Positions 56,377-64,000 of a stretch of 64,000 bases of DNA are shown one piece after another. A program made the translations under genes and the position numbers. Within the stretch, counting starts at the first letter, position 1; each line of letters begins with the position of its first letter. The notes below the pieces were generated by a model, which was not told the DNA's origin, searched no databases, and saw only the letters and a program-made list of their open reading frames with translations. The stretch comes from Candidatus Bathyarchaeia archaeon (GTDB taxonomy: Bacteria; Patescibacteriota; Microgenomatia; PFEM01; JAFGMK01). Location of the stretch: NCBI GenBank assembly GCA_035529595.1, contig DATKWK010000023.1, forward strand, positions 206,961-270,960. Direction: 5' to 3'.

Positions 56377-58170
56377 CTAATGGATTTCTGATTTTTTTTC
56401 CTTTAAAAAGGAGCTCCAACTCTCAATAAAGCCAATAAACGTTGAGAACGGCATATCAACCAAAGCAATAAAAAAGACGCTGACAATATTATATTCTTTC
56501 CATTTATTGGATAGCCATTGGCCGATCTTACCCATTGGCACGGATAAAATGTCTATTGAAAATTCCCAAAAGCTGGTTCTTTCCTCAATGGTTAATTCTT
56601 TCGCTCTTTGCTTAATTACCAAGGCTGCCGAGACAATCATGGCGACATTTAAAGTGTCGATATAAAGGGAGGTGACAGGAATTTTTGCCAAGCGAAAAAC
56701 CCAAAAGACCAGCGCCAGAGAGGCAATCGTCCCGGCCGCGTAAAAGAGACTGACTACAAACCAGAGCAGGGATTTTGTTTTCTTTCGCATTCTTATCTCG
56801 TAAATATCTTTTTCATCCGATCGATATACAATTTTTAATATCTCTATTACTACCCGGTTTAGATTTTCCGGACGAGGCGGTCTGACCAGAAGCACCAAAA
56901 TTGCCATTAGAGCAGTTGGTAACAAAATATCAATGGTCATTGCCAGCGGTTTCCATTCGCCATAGATTAATTTAGCCAGAGGAACCTCGAAAATAAATAG
57001 GGATAAGGCGCCGGCGATAAAAATTGACAGGGTCGAATAGACAGCTGACCGGTAGAGACGTCCCTTCAAAGTTGACAGCCGTTTAGTGTAAGCATCTCGA
57101 ATTAGTTGAGTCAGTTCTTTGGGTTTACCCAGAGTAGGAATAACATCACTTGGCTTTTTCTCATACTGATCGAGAATATCGCCTAAAATAATATAAAGCG
57201 TGTCGTATTTTTCACAAATACGAAAAAAAGTACTGGAGAGAGAATGAGATAAATTTTTTTCAATTTGATTTTTGATAGTGATGATATTTTGAGTTATTTG
57301 GTCAAGTAAATTGTTTGGTAAATCGTCCCATTCGGGCCAGCGATTTTTTAGAAGATGGTAAGAAATTATCGGATCATCAAGATGGAAAAGAGTTCGCCTG
57401 ACGGCAATAAACAACTGTGTTGCTTTCTCCTCTTGACTAAGTGCACCTTCTGGTATAATTTTAATTCTTTCATCCATCAATTGAAACATACACTCCATTA
57501 GCGCTTTTTGCCTAATAGGTGAAGCTAATAGCTCCTCGACTTCACAGGCGGCGATTTCCAACATCCAAGTATAAAGATTGATCTTTTGTTTAATTTTGGG
57601 GACAGCTTCCTGTTTAGCTAGAGGGTTTTTTTCGAGGATGTAGGTGTATTTTTCTAATAACTTTTGTACCTTAGCGACTTGAGATCTTGGTATTTTGCCA
57701 TTGGGAAAATGACCGCCTCTGATTAATTCGAGTATCAGCGGTTCGGCAATCTTTTGCGGTTCAAAGCCACTTACTAGGCTAATACCGGAAATTTCGGAAA
57801 TCATTTTTCGCTTTAGAATTCTTTCGATTGCCGCACGTCGAACCAGATGTTCTTCTTTCCAATCAACAATTTTTCTGATCTTCTCATAGAAAAGAGCTAC
57901 CCGGGAGGCAATTTCATCAACATAAAGAGTAGCAATCTCCGTTTTCTTTGACCGTTCGCGGTAATAATCCCGATAGTTTAAGAAGAGCCTGTAAATCGGC
58001 TCGGAAAAAGGTGTTTCTTCGAAGGACTCTGCTTTCTTTTCCTGCTTACGCGTCGTTGCCTGTGCCGGATTTTGAGTTAGCGTTTCCACTACTCTTTCGG
58101 CTTCAAGCAGCAATTCTTCTTCCTTTTCTTGGGCCTGTTGGATTTTTCGAGCACTGAAAATTGTGATCAT
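56377..58170 (-). CDS. Hypothetical polytopic membrane protein (597 aa)
   Basis: Soluble N-terminal half, then 6-8 TM helices; no motif recognised. Confidence 0.4.
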   Translation of the reverse strand: MITIFSARKIQQAQEKEEELLLEAERVVETLTQNPAQATTRKQEKKAESFEETPFSEPIYRLFLNYRDYYRERSKKTEIATLYVDEIASRVALFYEKIRKIVDWKEEHLVRRAAIERILKRKMISEISGISLVSGFEPQKIAEPLILELIRGGHFPNGKIPRSQVAKVQKLLEKYTYILEKNPLAKQEAVPKIKQKINLYTWMLEIAACEVEELLASPIRQKALMECMFQLMDERIKIIPEGALSQEEKATQLFIAVRRTLFHLDDPIISYHLLKNRWPEWDDLPNNLLDQITQNIITIKNQIEKNLSHSLSSTFFRICEKYDTLYIILGDILDQYEKKPSDVIPTLGKPKELTQLIRDAYTKRLSTLKGRLYRSAVYSTLSIFIAGALSLFIFEVPLAKLIYGEWKPLAMTIDILLPTALMAILVLLVRPPRPENLNRVVIEILKIVYRSDEKDIYEIRMRKKTKSLLWFVVSLFYAAGTIASLALVFWVFRLAKIPVTSLYIDTLNVAMIVSAALVIKQRAKELTIEERTSFWEFSIDILSVPMGKIGQWLSNKWKEYNIVSVFFIALVDMPFSTFIGFIESWSSFLKEKKSEIH

Positions 58171-58236
58171 ACGATTTAATTAATAATCAATTACCGGCCG
58201 TACGCGTATTTTACCAAAAGTACCGGCAAATAAATA

Positions 58237-58710
58237 CTATTTAAGGATCTTGCTTAGTTTCTGGGCAAAGGCGGCTGCTTTTCCAAAATCTTTTTTGTTT
58301 GGTCGGGATCTATTGATGCCGCCGATAAAACGCAACAGGCCGTAGGTATCCCAACCGAGGCAGGAGAATTCAGCCACTATCTTATATCCTCTCAAGCGGA
58401 GTAACCTCCTTAAAGGTTTATGGAAGTCATTAAGGAGATAGATTCGGGGCAAGCCGCTGGTAGAAAAAATAAACGCCCGCTTATCCTGGTCGCGAGGAAT
58501 TTTTCGCACCAGATCGAAAATTTTTTGGTGATGTTTCTTAAAATAAATGCCGGAACCGAAACCGATTAAGTTATAAAAACGCGCCATTCGCGGTCTAAAC
58601 TCATGAGTGCTGATAATTTTCGCTCCAAGTTCTTTACCGATAACGCCGGCAATTTTTTCCGTATTTTTATGATGAAAAGAGGCACAAATGATCAGTGATT
58701 TACAACCCAT
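58237..58710 (-). CDS. Flavodoxin-fold protein (flavodoxin/NAD(P)H-dependent FMN reductase-like)
   Basis: SLIICASFHHKNTEKIA N-terminus and a Gly-rich loop typical of the fold. Weak call. Confidence 0.4.
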   Translation of the reverse strand: MGCKSLIICASFHHKNTEKIAGVIGKELGAKIISTHEFRPRMARFYNLIGFGSGIYFKKHHQKIFDLVRKIPRDQDKRAFIFSTSGLPRIYLLNDFHKPLRRLLRLRGYKIVAEFSCLGWDTYGLLRFIGGINRSRPNKKDFGKAAAFAQKLSKILK

Positions 58711-58774
58711 AAATTTGAAATTAATTTATTAATCGTCATTAGAAGCCCTCATGGTTACCAAAGTGAAATAATAG

Positions 58775-58848
58775 TCGGAGAGCCGGGATTCGAACCCGGG
58801 ACCTCACGGTCCCAAACCGTGCGCGCTAGCCAACTGCGCCACTCTCCG
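58775..58848 (-). tRNA. tRNA-Pro(TGG)
   Basis: CGGAGAGTGGCGCAGTTGGCTAGCGC..., C1:G72 pair, anticodon loop TTTGGGA, T-loop GGGTTCGAATCCCGG. Confidence 0.85.
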
Positions 58849-58862
58849 AAAAAAAACTTAGT

Positions 58863-59819
58863 TTACATCCTCGCCCGCCAGTAATCGAGAGTATCTCTGA
58901 GCGTCTTTTCAAATGGAATTTGCGGTATCCAGCCGGTTGCCTTCCTAAACTTAGTGCTGTCACCTTGAAGAACGGGAACGTCAGACGGCCTCATTCTTTC
59001 GGGATCCTGTTCTATTTTTACTTTAATATTAGACATCCCAAGCAGCATTTCCAGAACTTTCTTAATCTGCCAGGTTTTACCGCTGGCAATCACATAAGCT
59101 TCACCGGGTCTAGCCTTCTGGACAGCAAGCAGATAAGCACGGACTACATCGCGGACGTCGGTAAAGTCTCTTTTTGCTTCCAGATTACCTACTTTCAATA
59201 CTGGTTTCCTGAGACCCTTTTCGATCTCGGCAATTTGCCTGGCAAAATTTGAGGAGACAAAGCTTTCTGTCCGGCGCGGTCCGGTGTGGTTGAATGCCCT
59301 GGTCCGGATGATCTTCATCCCGTAACTTTTGAAGTATTGATAACCTAAAAGATCCATTGCCACTTTAGACACCGCATAAGGAGAAAGCGGCCGAAATGGA
59401 TTATCTTCATTTACCGGCAGTTCACTTTTCTTAACCAGACCGTACTCCTCGGAGGAACAGGCAATTTGAATTACCGGGTCGAAATCCGATTTCCTGATGG
59501 CTTCGAATAAATTGACACTACCCAGGACATTAGCTTCCATCGTTGTTGCCGGCGACGTCCAGGAGGCAGGAACAAAAGATTGAGCGGCTAAGTGAAAAAT
59601 ATAGTCAGGCTGCACTTTTTTGATTAGAGTATAAATGGAATGGGAATCAAGAATATCGGCTGAAAATATCTTAATTTTATCAAGAAGATGGCTGATATTT
59701 TCCGTATTACTGCGAGGCCGGGCAGTACCGAAAACCTGATAATCGTTCTTTGATAATAAGAGTTCGGCCAGATGGGAACCGACAAAGCCAGTAATACCGG
59801 TGATTAAAACTTTTTTCAT
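58863..59819 (-). CDS. NAD-dependent epimerase/dehydratase (extended SDR; GDP-mannose-4,6-dehydratase-like)
   Basis: GITGFVGSHLAELLL Rossmann motif, S...YAVSK catalytic triad region; about 318 aa. Confidence 0.7.
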   Translation of the reverse strand: MKKVLITGITGFVGSHLAELLLSKNDYQVFGTARPRSNTENISHLLDKIKIFSADILDSHSIYTLIKKVQPDYIFHLAAQSFVPASWTSPATTMEANVLGSVNLFEAIRKSDFDPVIQIACSSEEYGLVKKSELPVNEDNPFRPLSPYAVSKVAMDLLGYQYFKSYGMKIIRTRAFNHTGPRRTESFVSSNFARQIAEIEKGLRKPVLKVGNLEAKRDFTDVRDVVRAYLLAVQKARPGEAYVIASGKTWQIKKVLEMLLGMSNIKVKIEQDPERMRPSDVPVLQGDSTKFRKATGWIPQIPFEKTLRDTLDYWRARM

Positions 59820-59851
59820 AAACCTCCCGTAAAAATATTAATTGTTTTCCT

Positions 59852-59938
59852 TGGTGCCGAGGGCGGGACTTGAACCCGCACGGAGTTGCCCCCACAGGAT
59901 TTTAAGTCCTGCGCGTCTACCAATTCCGCCACCCCGGC
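59852..59938 (-). tRNA. tRNA-Leu(TAA), type II
   Basis: GCCGGGGTGGCGGAATTGGTAGACGC..., anticodon loop CTTAAAA, long variable arm, T-loop GGGTTCAAGTCCCGC; CCA encoded. Confidence 0.85.
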
Positions 59939-60002
59939 TTGCGAAAAATTCTGAAGTTATTATAACAAATTTTATCCGTAGTTTTGCTATACTAAAAATA
60001 AG

Positions 60003-61004
60003 ATGAGCAAAACAGTCTGTCTAGCTAAAGGCACGGATCATTATCAAAATATCACTAATTGCTTAAATTTAATTCGTGGCGATATAGAAAAAGCATTAAT
60101 CGGTAGAGAAAAAGTTGTTATTAAAGTTAACTTTGTCTCCCCCGAAAATGAACTCGCGGCCACTCCGATTGAATCAGTTACAGCTTTACTGGATTTTCTT
60201 CGCCCGATATATAAAAAGCGGATTCAGATTATGGAAACAGGTAAGAATGCTGCTCTAGGTTTTAAGAATTTTAATTACCCGAAATTAACGGAAAAATATA
60301 ACGTTAAATTAACGGCTCTTGATAATGGAAATCTGGTACCGGTATTTGTTTATGACGTTAACCTTAAAAAGAGAATTAAAGTCGAGATATACCAGGAAGC
60401 ATTGAGTGCCGATTTCCTGATCTCAATAACCCGGGCGAAAACTCATAATTACGGTATTGTTACTTTGGGTCTAAAAAATATCGCCGCCGGGTTTTTAAAA
60501 GATACGTCGCTGATACATCAAGGTTATCAAGCTTTTAATAAAAACCTTTTTCTGCTAATTAAGAAAATACAGCCCGACCTGTCGATAATCGACGCCACTG
60601 TCGGAATGGAAGGTAACGGTCCAATCTCCGGCCAACCAATCAAAGTCGGTTGGGCATTAGCCTCGCCTGATGCTCTTCGGGCTGATATTATCGCTGCCCG
60701 ATTGATGGGCTTTAACCCGAAACAAATCGGTTATCTTCATTTTTGTCTTGAAGCGAAGGGCTTTATCAATTGCTTACCCAAGGTTAATATTTTAGGGAAT
60801 ACGCCTGAGGAATGCCGGACGAAATTTAAACCGCCTGATGATATCGCCCGACAACTGAAATGGGATCATTCAACTAAAGGTAAAGAAAAAGCGAAAATTG
60901 TTTTTACGGAGAAATACTACTCCCCTTTTAAGAAAAGCCGTCTGGGACAACGTTTGAATGTCGAACCGCTTGCACAAAATCTTAAACGGTTATTAGGTTT
61001 TTAA
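60003..61004 (+). CDS. DUF362-like protein
   Basis: Overall pattern VVIKVNFVS...ISITRAKTH...IIDATVGMEGNGP resembles the DUF362 family. Confidence 0.45.
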   Translation: MSKTVCLAKGTDHYQNITNCLNLIRGDIEKALIGREKVVIKVNFVSPENELAATPIESVTALLDFLRPIYKKRIQIMETGKNAALGFKNFNYPKLTEKYNVKLTALDNGNLVPVFVYDVNLKKRIKVEIYQEALSADFLISITRAKTHNYGIVTLGLKNIAAGFLKDTSLIHQGYQAFNKNLFLLIKKIQPDLSIIDATVGMEGNGPISGQPIKVGWALASPDALRADIIAARLMGFNPKQIGYLHFCLEAKGFINCLPKVNILGNTPEECRTKFKPPDDIARQLKWDHSTKGKEKAKIVFTEKYYSPFKKSRLGQRLNVEPLAQNLKRLLGF

Positions 61005-61024
61005 TTATATTATAATCACTGCCG

Positions 61025-61798
61025 ATGATCATCAAAGAAAGAGAATATTTTTGTAACGGAGCGAAAACTAACTATTATCAATTAGGGAAAGGCCAACCGC
61101 TTATTTTTTTACATGGAGCAGCCCTAGGCCCTTTGGTTTATCGTCAGGCTTTAGAGAAATTGGCTGTTTATTTCGAAGTTATCGCTCCCGACATACCGCC
61201 ATTTGGTAAATTCAATCTGCCTCCGGAAGACTGGGAATTTGATGACTACGGAACGTATTTTGCGTCATTGATTGAATCTCTTAATCTGGAAAAGGTAATC
61301 TTAGTTGGCCATTCTCTCGGCGGCGGAATCGCAGCCAGTACGGCTATTAGTAGCAAAAGAGTAAAAAAGCTTATACTTATTAATCCTGCAGCAATACCGA
61401 TAAAAAAATCATTTTTACAATTATCCGCTTATTTTTTTAAAACATCATTTAACTATCTTAGAAAGTCAAAAAAAAGAAAAGTAGGATTTTCCAGATTTCG
61501 TCATGTAGTTTACTATTCTATAAATAATATTCACCACGTTAATCGAATTTTTAAGTATATGGCTAGAGTAGTTAAAACAGGCAATCAAGAAACTTTAGAA
61601 AAGATAGAAATGCCGACGCTTATTCTTTGGGGAAAACCAGATCTGATTCTTCCTGATAGCCAGGCAATCGAGATTCATACAAGAATCAAGAATTCAAACT
61701 TGAAACTGTTAGCAGGCGGTCACGAATGGTGTCTTTTTCAGCCCGAAAAATTAGTGGAACTGATCAACAAATTTACTAAAATAGAGGCTATAAAATAA
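61025..61798 (+). CDS. Alpha/beta-fold hydrolase
   Basis: HGAALGP oxyanion region and the GHSLGGG nucleophile elbow. Confidence 0.7.
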   Translation: MIIKEREYFCNGAKTNYYQLGKGQPLIFLHGAALGPLVYRQALEKLAVYFEVIAPDIPPFGKFNLPPEDWEFDDYGTYFASLIESLNLEKVILVGHSLGGGIAASTAISSKRVKKLILINPAAIPIKKSFLQLSAYFFKTSFNYLRKSKKRKVGFSRFRHVVYYSINNIHHVNRIFKYMARVVKTGNQETLEKIEMPTLILWGKPDLILPDSQAIEIHTRIKNSNLKLLAGGHEWCLFQPEKLVELINKFTKIEAIK

Positions 61799-61852
61799 AT
61801 GTATGACTTTCCAAATTCAATCCGGATTGGTAAAATTAACCGATAGCTTAAT

Positions 61853-61938
61853 TGCCGGGTCGTCTAATGGTCCGCCTCGCCTCCGGCGAGCGAGACTTCG
61901 CCAAATCTGCCGAAGGCAAGATGAAGGCGAGCAGGACA
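61853..61938 (+). other. 5' fragment of a tRNA-Gln gene (nt 1-18 plus CAGGACA) interrupted by a 61-nt GC-rich hairpin insertion after G18G19; no anticodon or T arms
   Basis: TGCCGGGTCGTCTAATGG-[tccgcctcgcctccggcgagcgagacttcgccaaatctgccgaaggcaagatgaaggcgag]-CAGGACA, then t and the ATG of the GIY-YIG ORF. Confidence 0.6.
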
Positions 61939-61939
61939 T

Positions 61940-62230
61940 ATGTGGTATGTTTATATTCTAAAAAGCAGGTATTTTCCAAAATCCTATGTTGGTTGTACTA
62001 ATAACATTGAAAGGAGGTTAAAGGAACATAATGATGGTAAGAGTATCTTTACAAAACGATATCAACCATGGAATTTAATCAAAACAGAAATATTTAATGA
62101 TTGCAAAACAGCAAAAAAAAGAGAAAAGTTTTACAAGTCAGGAATAGGTAGAAAAAAACTAAAAGAGATTTTTTATAAATTGCCGGGTCGTCTAATGGCA
62201 GGACACATCCCTTTGAAGGATGATATCTAG
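61940..62230 (+). CDS. GIY-YIG nuclease-family small protein (UPF0213/YhbQ-like)
   Basis: MWYVYILKSRYFPKSYVGCTNNIERRLKEHNDG has the GIY-YIG core. The ORF runs 50 nt into the downstream tRNA-Gln gene. Confidence 0.7.
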   Translation: MWYVYILKSRYFPKSYVGCTNNIERRLKEHNDGKSIFTKRYQPWNLIKTEIFNDCKTAKKREKFYKSGIGRKKLKEIFYKLPGRLMAGHIPLKDDI

Positions 62231-62254
62231 GTTCGAATCCTAGCCCGGCAGCCA
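62181..62254 (+). tRNA. tRNA-Gln(TTG)
   Basis: TGCCGGGTCGTCTAATGGCAGGACA CATCC CTTTGAA GGATG ... CTAGGTTCGAATCCTAG CCCGGCA G CCA; U1:A72 pair; CCA encoded. Confidence 0.85.
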
Positions 62255-62339
62255 GAACGGGCACCCAAGGTGACCGGGGTGCCTAAAAAAGCCCTTGTTA
62301 CCTTGCAAAAAGTCACGGGGGGAAACTAAATCTTGATAT

Positions 62340-62666
62340 ATGGTGATTGTAAGAAATAATTCTTTATTAAAAAAAATTTTGCCCCTTTTAAGCCTTTTCG
62401 TCACACTTCTTTGTATTTGTCTAGTTTTTAATGTCTTAAGAGATATAAATCCAAATCTAATTCCTTACAGAATTAATAAGATCTTAAATTTATTTATACT
62501 TCCCATAGCTCTTATTATTGAGTTAACCAAGACAAGAGAGCGTTTATGGAAAAGCTGGAAAAAAATCCCAATTGCCATACATTTTATTGTAACATTATTT
62601 TTTTCAGGTATAATACTTAAGATTTTCCCTCTTGCCTGGGTAAAGATCTGGAATGAAGAAGACTAA
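62340..62666 (+). CDS. Hypothetical membrane protein
   Basis: 108 aa with three TM helices. Confidence 0.35.
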   Translation: MVIVRNNSLLKKILPLLSLFVTLLCICLVFNVLRDINPNLIPYRINKILNLFILPIALIIELTKTRERLWKSWKKIPIAIHFIVTLFFSGIILKIFPLAWVKIWNEED

Positions 62667-63375
62667 AAAAAGAATCATTAGCTTAATAGACAAGATTAAA
62701 GCACATAGCGATCTTCTAATTGTCTATGGACTAATAATTTCAGCTGCTTTAGCAGCTTCAATAGCATCATCTTATATCACTGGTAAAATCAAATCTACCA
62801 ACGAAATTAGTCCTGAACTTCAAACAGAACAACCATCACTCTATCCTGACTATGATGCGATAAAAAGTGATCACCCTGATCCTAAAATTAAAATCTTAAA
62901 CATCACTAAAGATTGTCCAATCGAAGGCTGTATAAACAGCAAACCAGCGACAATAGAGTTTGATGGAATTAAAAAAAATTATAAAGTAGTTGGAGAATTT
63001 GCAAGGGCATATTTATATATTGAAGCCTTAGTGGATCATGAGCGGCCATTAACAAGTTGGGACGACTTTTATTTTACCTTAAACAATCAAGGAGGACATT
63101 TAATAAGTCAAGAAAACTCCTTACCTGTGCCACCAAGTAATTCCTCTCGTTACCTTTATGACTTAAGGTCAATATCATATTATCCTACAATCAGAGACAA
63201 AGAACGGAAAACCAACAAAATGGTCAATGTAGACTTCTTTCACTTTCTGAAAGATGGATATACTCTTAACATTTGGGTTTCAGTTTCTTCAAACCGGCCC
63301 GGAAGAGTAATGAAAGAAGTCAGTATATACTATGAATGTCTGGAAGGTTCAGAATGTAGTATAGAAGAGAAATAA
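62653..63375 (+). CDS. Hypothetical membrane-anchored/secreted protein
   Basis: N-terminal TM then a Cys-containing domain; its start overlaps the previous ORF by 14 nt. Confidence 0.35.
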   Translation: MKKTKKRIISLIDKIKAHSDLLIVYGLIISAALAASIASSYITGKIKSTNEISPELQTEQPSLYPDYDAIKSDHPDPKIKILNITKDCPIEGCINSKPATIEFDGIKKNYKVVGEFARAYLYIEALVDHERPLTSWDDFYFTLNNQGGHLISQENSLPVPPSNSSRYLYDLRSISYYPTIRDKERKTNKMVNVDFFHFLKDGYTLNIWVSVSSNRPGRVMKEVSIYYECLEGSECSIEEK

Positions 63376-63602
63376 TAAGGTGGATTTTCATTTCTTTCCT
63401 TTTAAACTTTTAGTTTTTCTGATTCTTTCAAAAGAATGAAAGTCGAGCTACTTTTTTTAAAGTCCTTTCACTAATGGAAACATTTACCGTGAGGTTATCG
63501 GAGCTGAACTGACTTTCTTGTCATGGATGTAGAGATGCTTAAGGGGTAATTTCTTCTCTTACCTATGACAGCGACGACAAAATATGGATTAAAGAATGAC
63601 AA

Positions 63603-63812
63603 TTGCAATTAAATTACGGATTGCATCCAGCTACGCGAGGCAAACTTAGAAGAGAAGGCCTATTGAAAGGTAGAGATCTTAAAAGAAAAGATGGATCTAT
63701 CTACTGCGCTGTTTATTTAGTTAAAGAAAATAAAGAGTTTTTCAAGAAATACCCGAAGAAGCCCACAATGAAAGTAAAATTTGTTAGCCCCAGTAATAAA
63801 AAGAAAAAATGA
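63603..63812 (+). CDS. Small basic hypothetical protein
   Basis: 69 aa, Lys/Arg-rich. Confidence 0.25.
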   Translation: MQLNYGLHPATRGKLRREGLLKGRDLKRKDGSIYCAVYLVKENKEFFKKYPKKPTMKVKFVSPSNKKKK

Positions 63813-64000
63813 AAAAACAAACATTTTTGGCGCCCATATATGGACTGAGAGAAGGATTAAAGGATCCGATCACTCTCGGAAAGAGCCTTTTGATTAGAAA
63901 TACAGACCTTTTGGCCAAAGAATATAAAGCTTTTGAAGATCATGGCCTAAAGGCAAACTATCATGCGGTTTTAGAAATTGATTACCGATATGATCCTAAT

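Noticed and set aside
1-64000. CRISPR arrays, rRNA genes, IS elements, integrases
   Set aside because: No short direct repeats with regular spacing, no rRNA-like conserved stretches, and no DDE or tyrosine-recombinase motifs were seen.

Overview
This 64 kb window reads like a compact, AT-rich, housekeeping-dense genome of a Patescibacteria/CPR-like bacterium (inference from gene content and style, not a database hit).

Main gene content:
- **Type IV pilus locus (1-6674, + strand):** five prepilin-type genes, each with a class III signal motif G|FTL(I/V)E, followed by pilM-pilN-pilO. One of the pilins is a 663-aa giant carrying PT-rich linkers and a LamG/ConA-like lectin domain.
- **Housekeeping run on the - strand:** KH protein, rpsP, rnc, nusB, recG, tyrS, a PqqB-like MBL hydrolase, class A PBP (+ strand), then the conserved block thrS-infC-rpmI-rplT-pheS-pheT, followed by trigger factor, thiI, a MacAB-like ABC exporter, a P-type ATPase and an MFS transporter.
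- **RNA genes:** 11 tRNA genes.

Observations that look out of the ordinary, roughly by interest:
1. A two-operon cluster (24853-30415) encoding a glutathionylspermidine-synthetase-like ATP-grasp amidoligase, an AstE/AspA-family Zn deacylase, an M20 peptidase and a 669-aa orphan protein. Both operons sit behind near-identical terminator/antiterminator leaders, and a third copy of that leader controls pheST.
2. Two independent copies of a module: tRNA 5' fragment carrying a GC-rich insertion after D-loop G18G19, then a small GIY-YIG nuclease ORF, then an intact tRNA (at tRNA-Leu(TAG) and tRNA-Gln(TTG)).
3. A tRNA-His gene nested inside the anticodon region of a second His-like tRNA.
4. A displaced 3'-end duplicate of rarA whose protein sequence is conserved while about 20 % of nucleotides differ; with the intact rarA 3' end it flanks a 1.7 kb islet (RelE/RelB TA pair, NUDIX hydrolase, one hypothetical).
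5. A visibly GC-richer segment (12931-14340) holding an alkaline-phosphatase-superfamily gene plus about 450 bp of hairpin-rich non-coding DNA.

No CRISPR array, rRNA gene or recognizable integrase/transposase was found. All functional calls come from motif recognition by eye; no searches were run.
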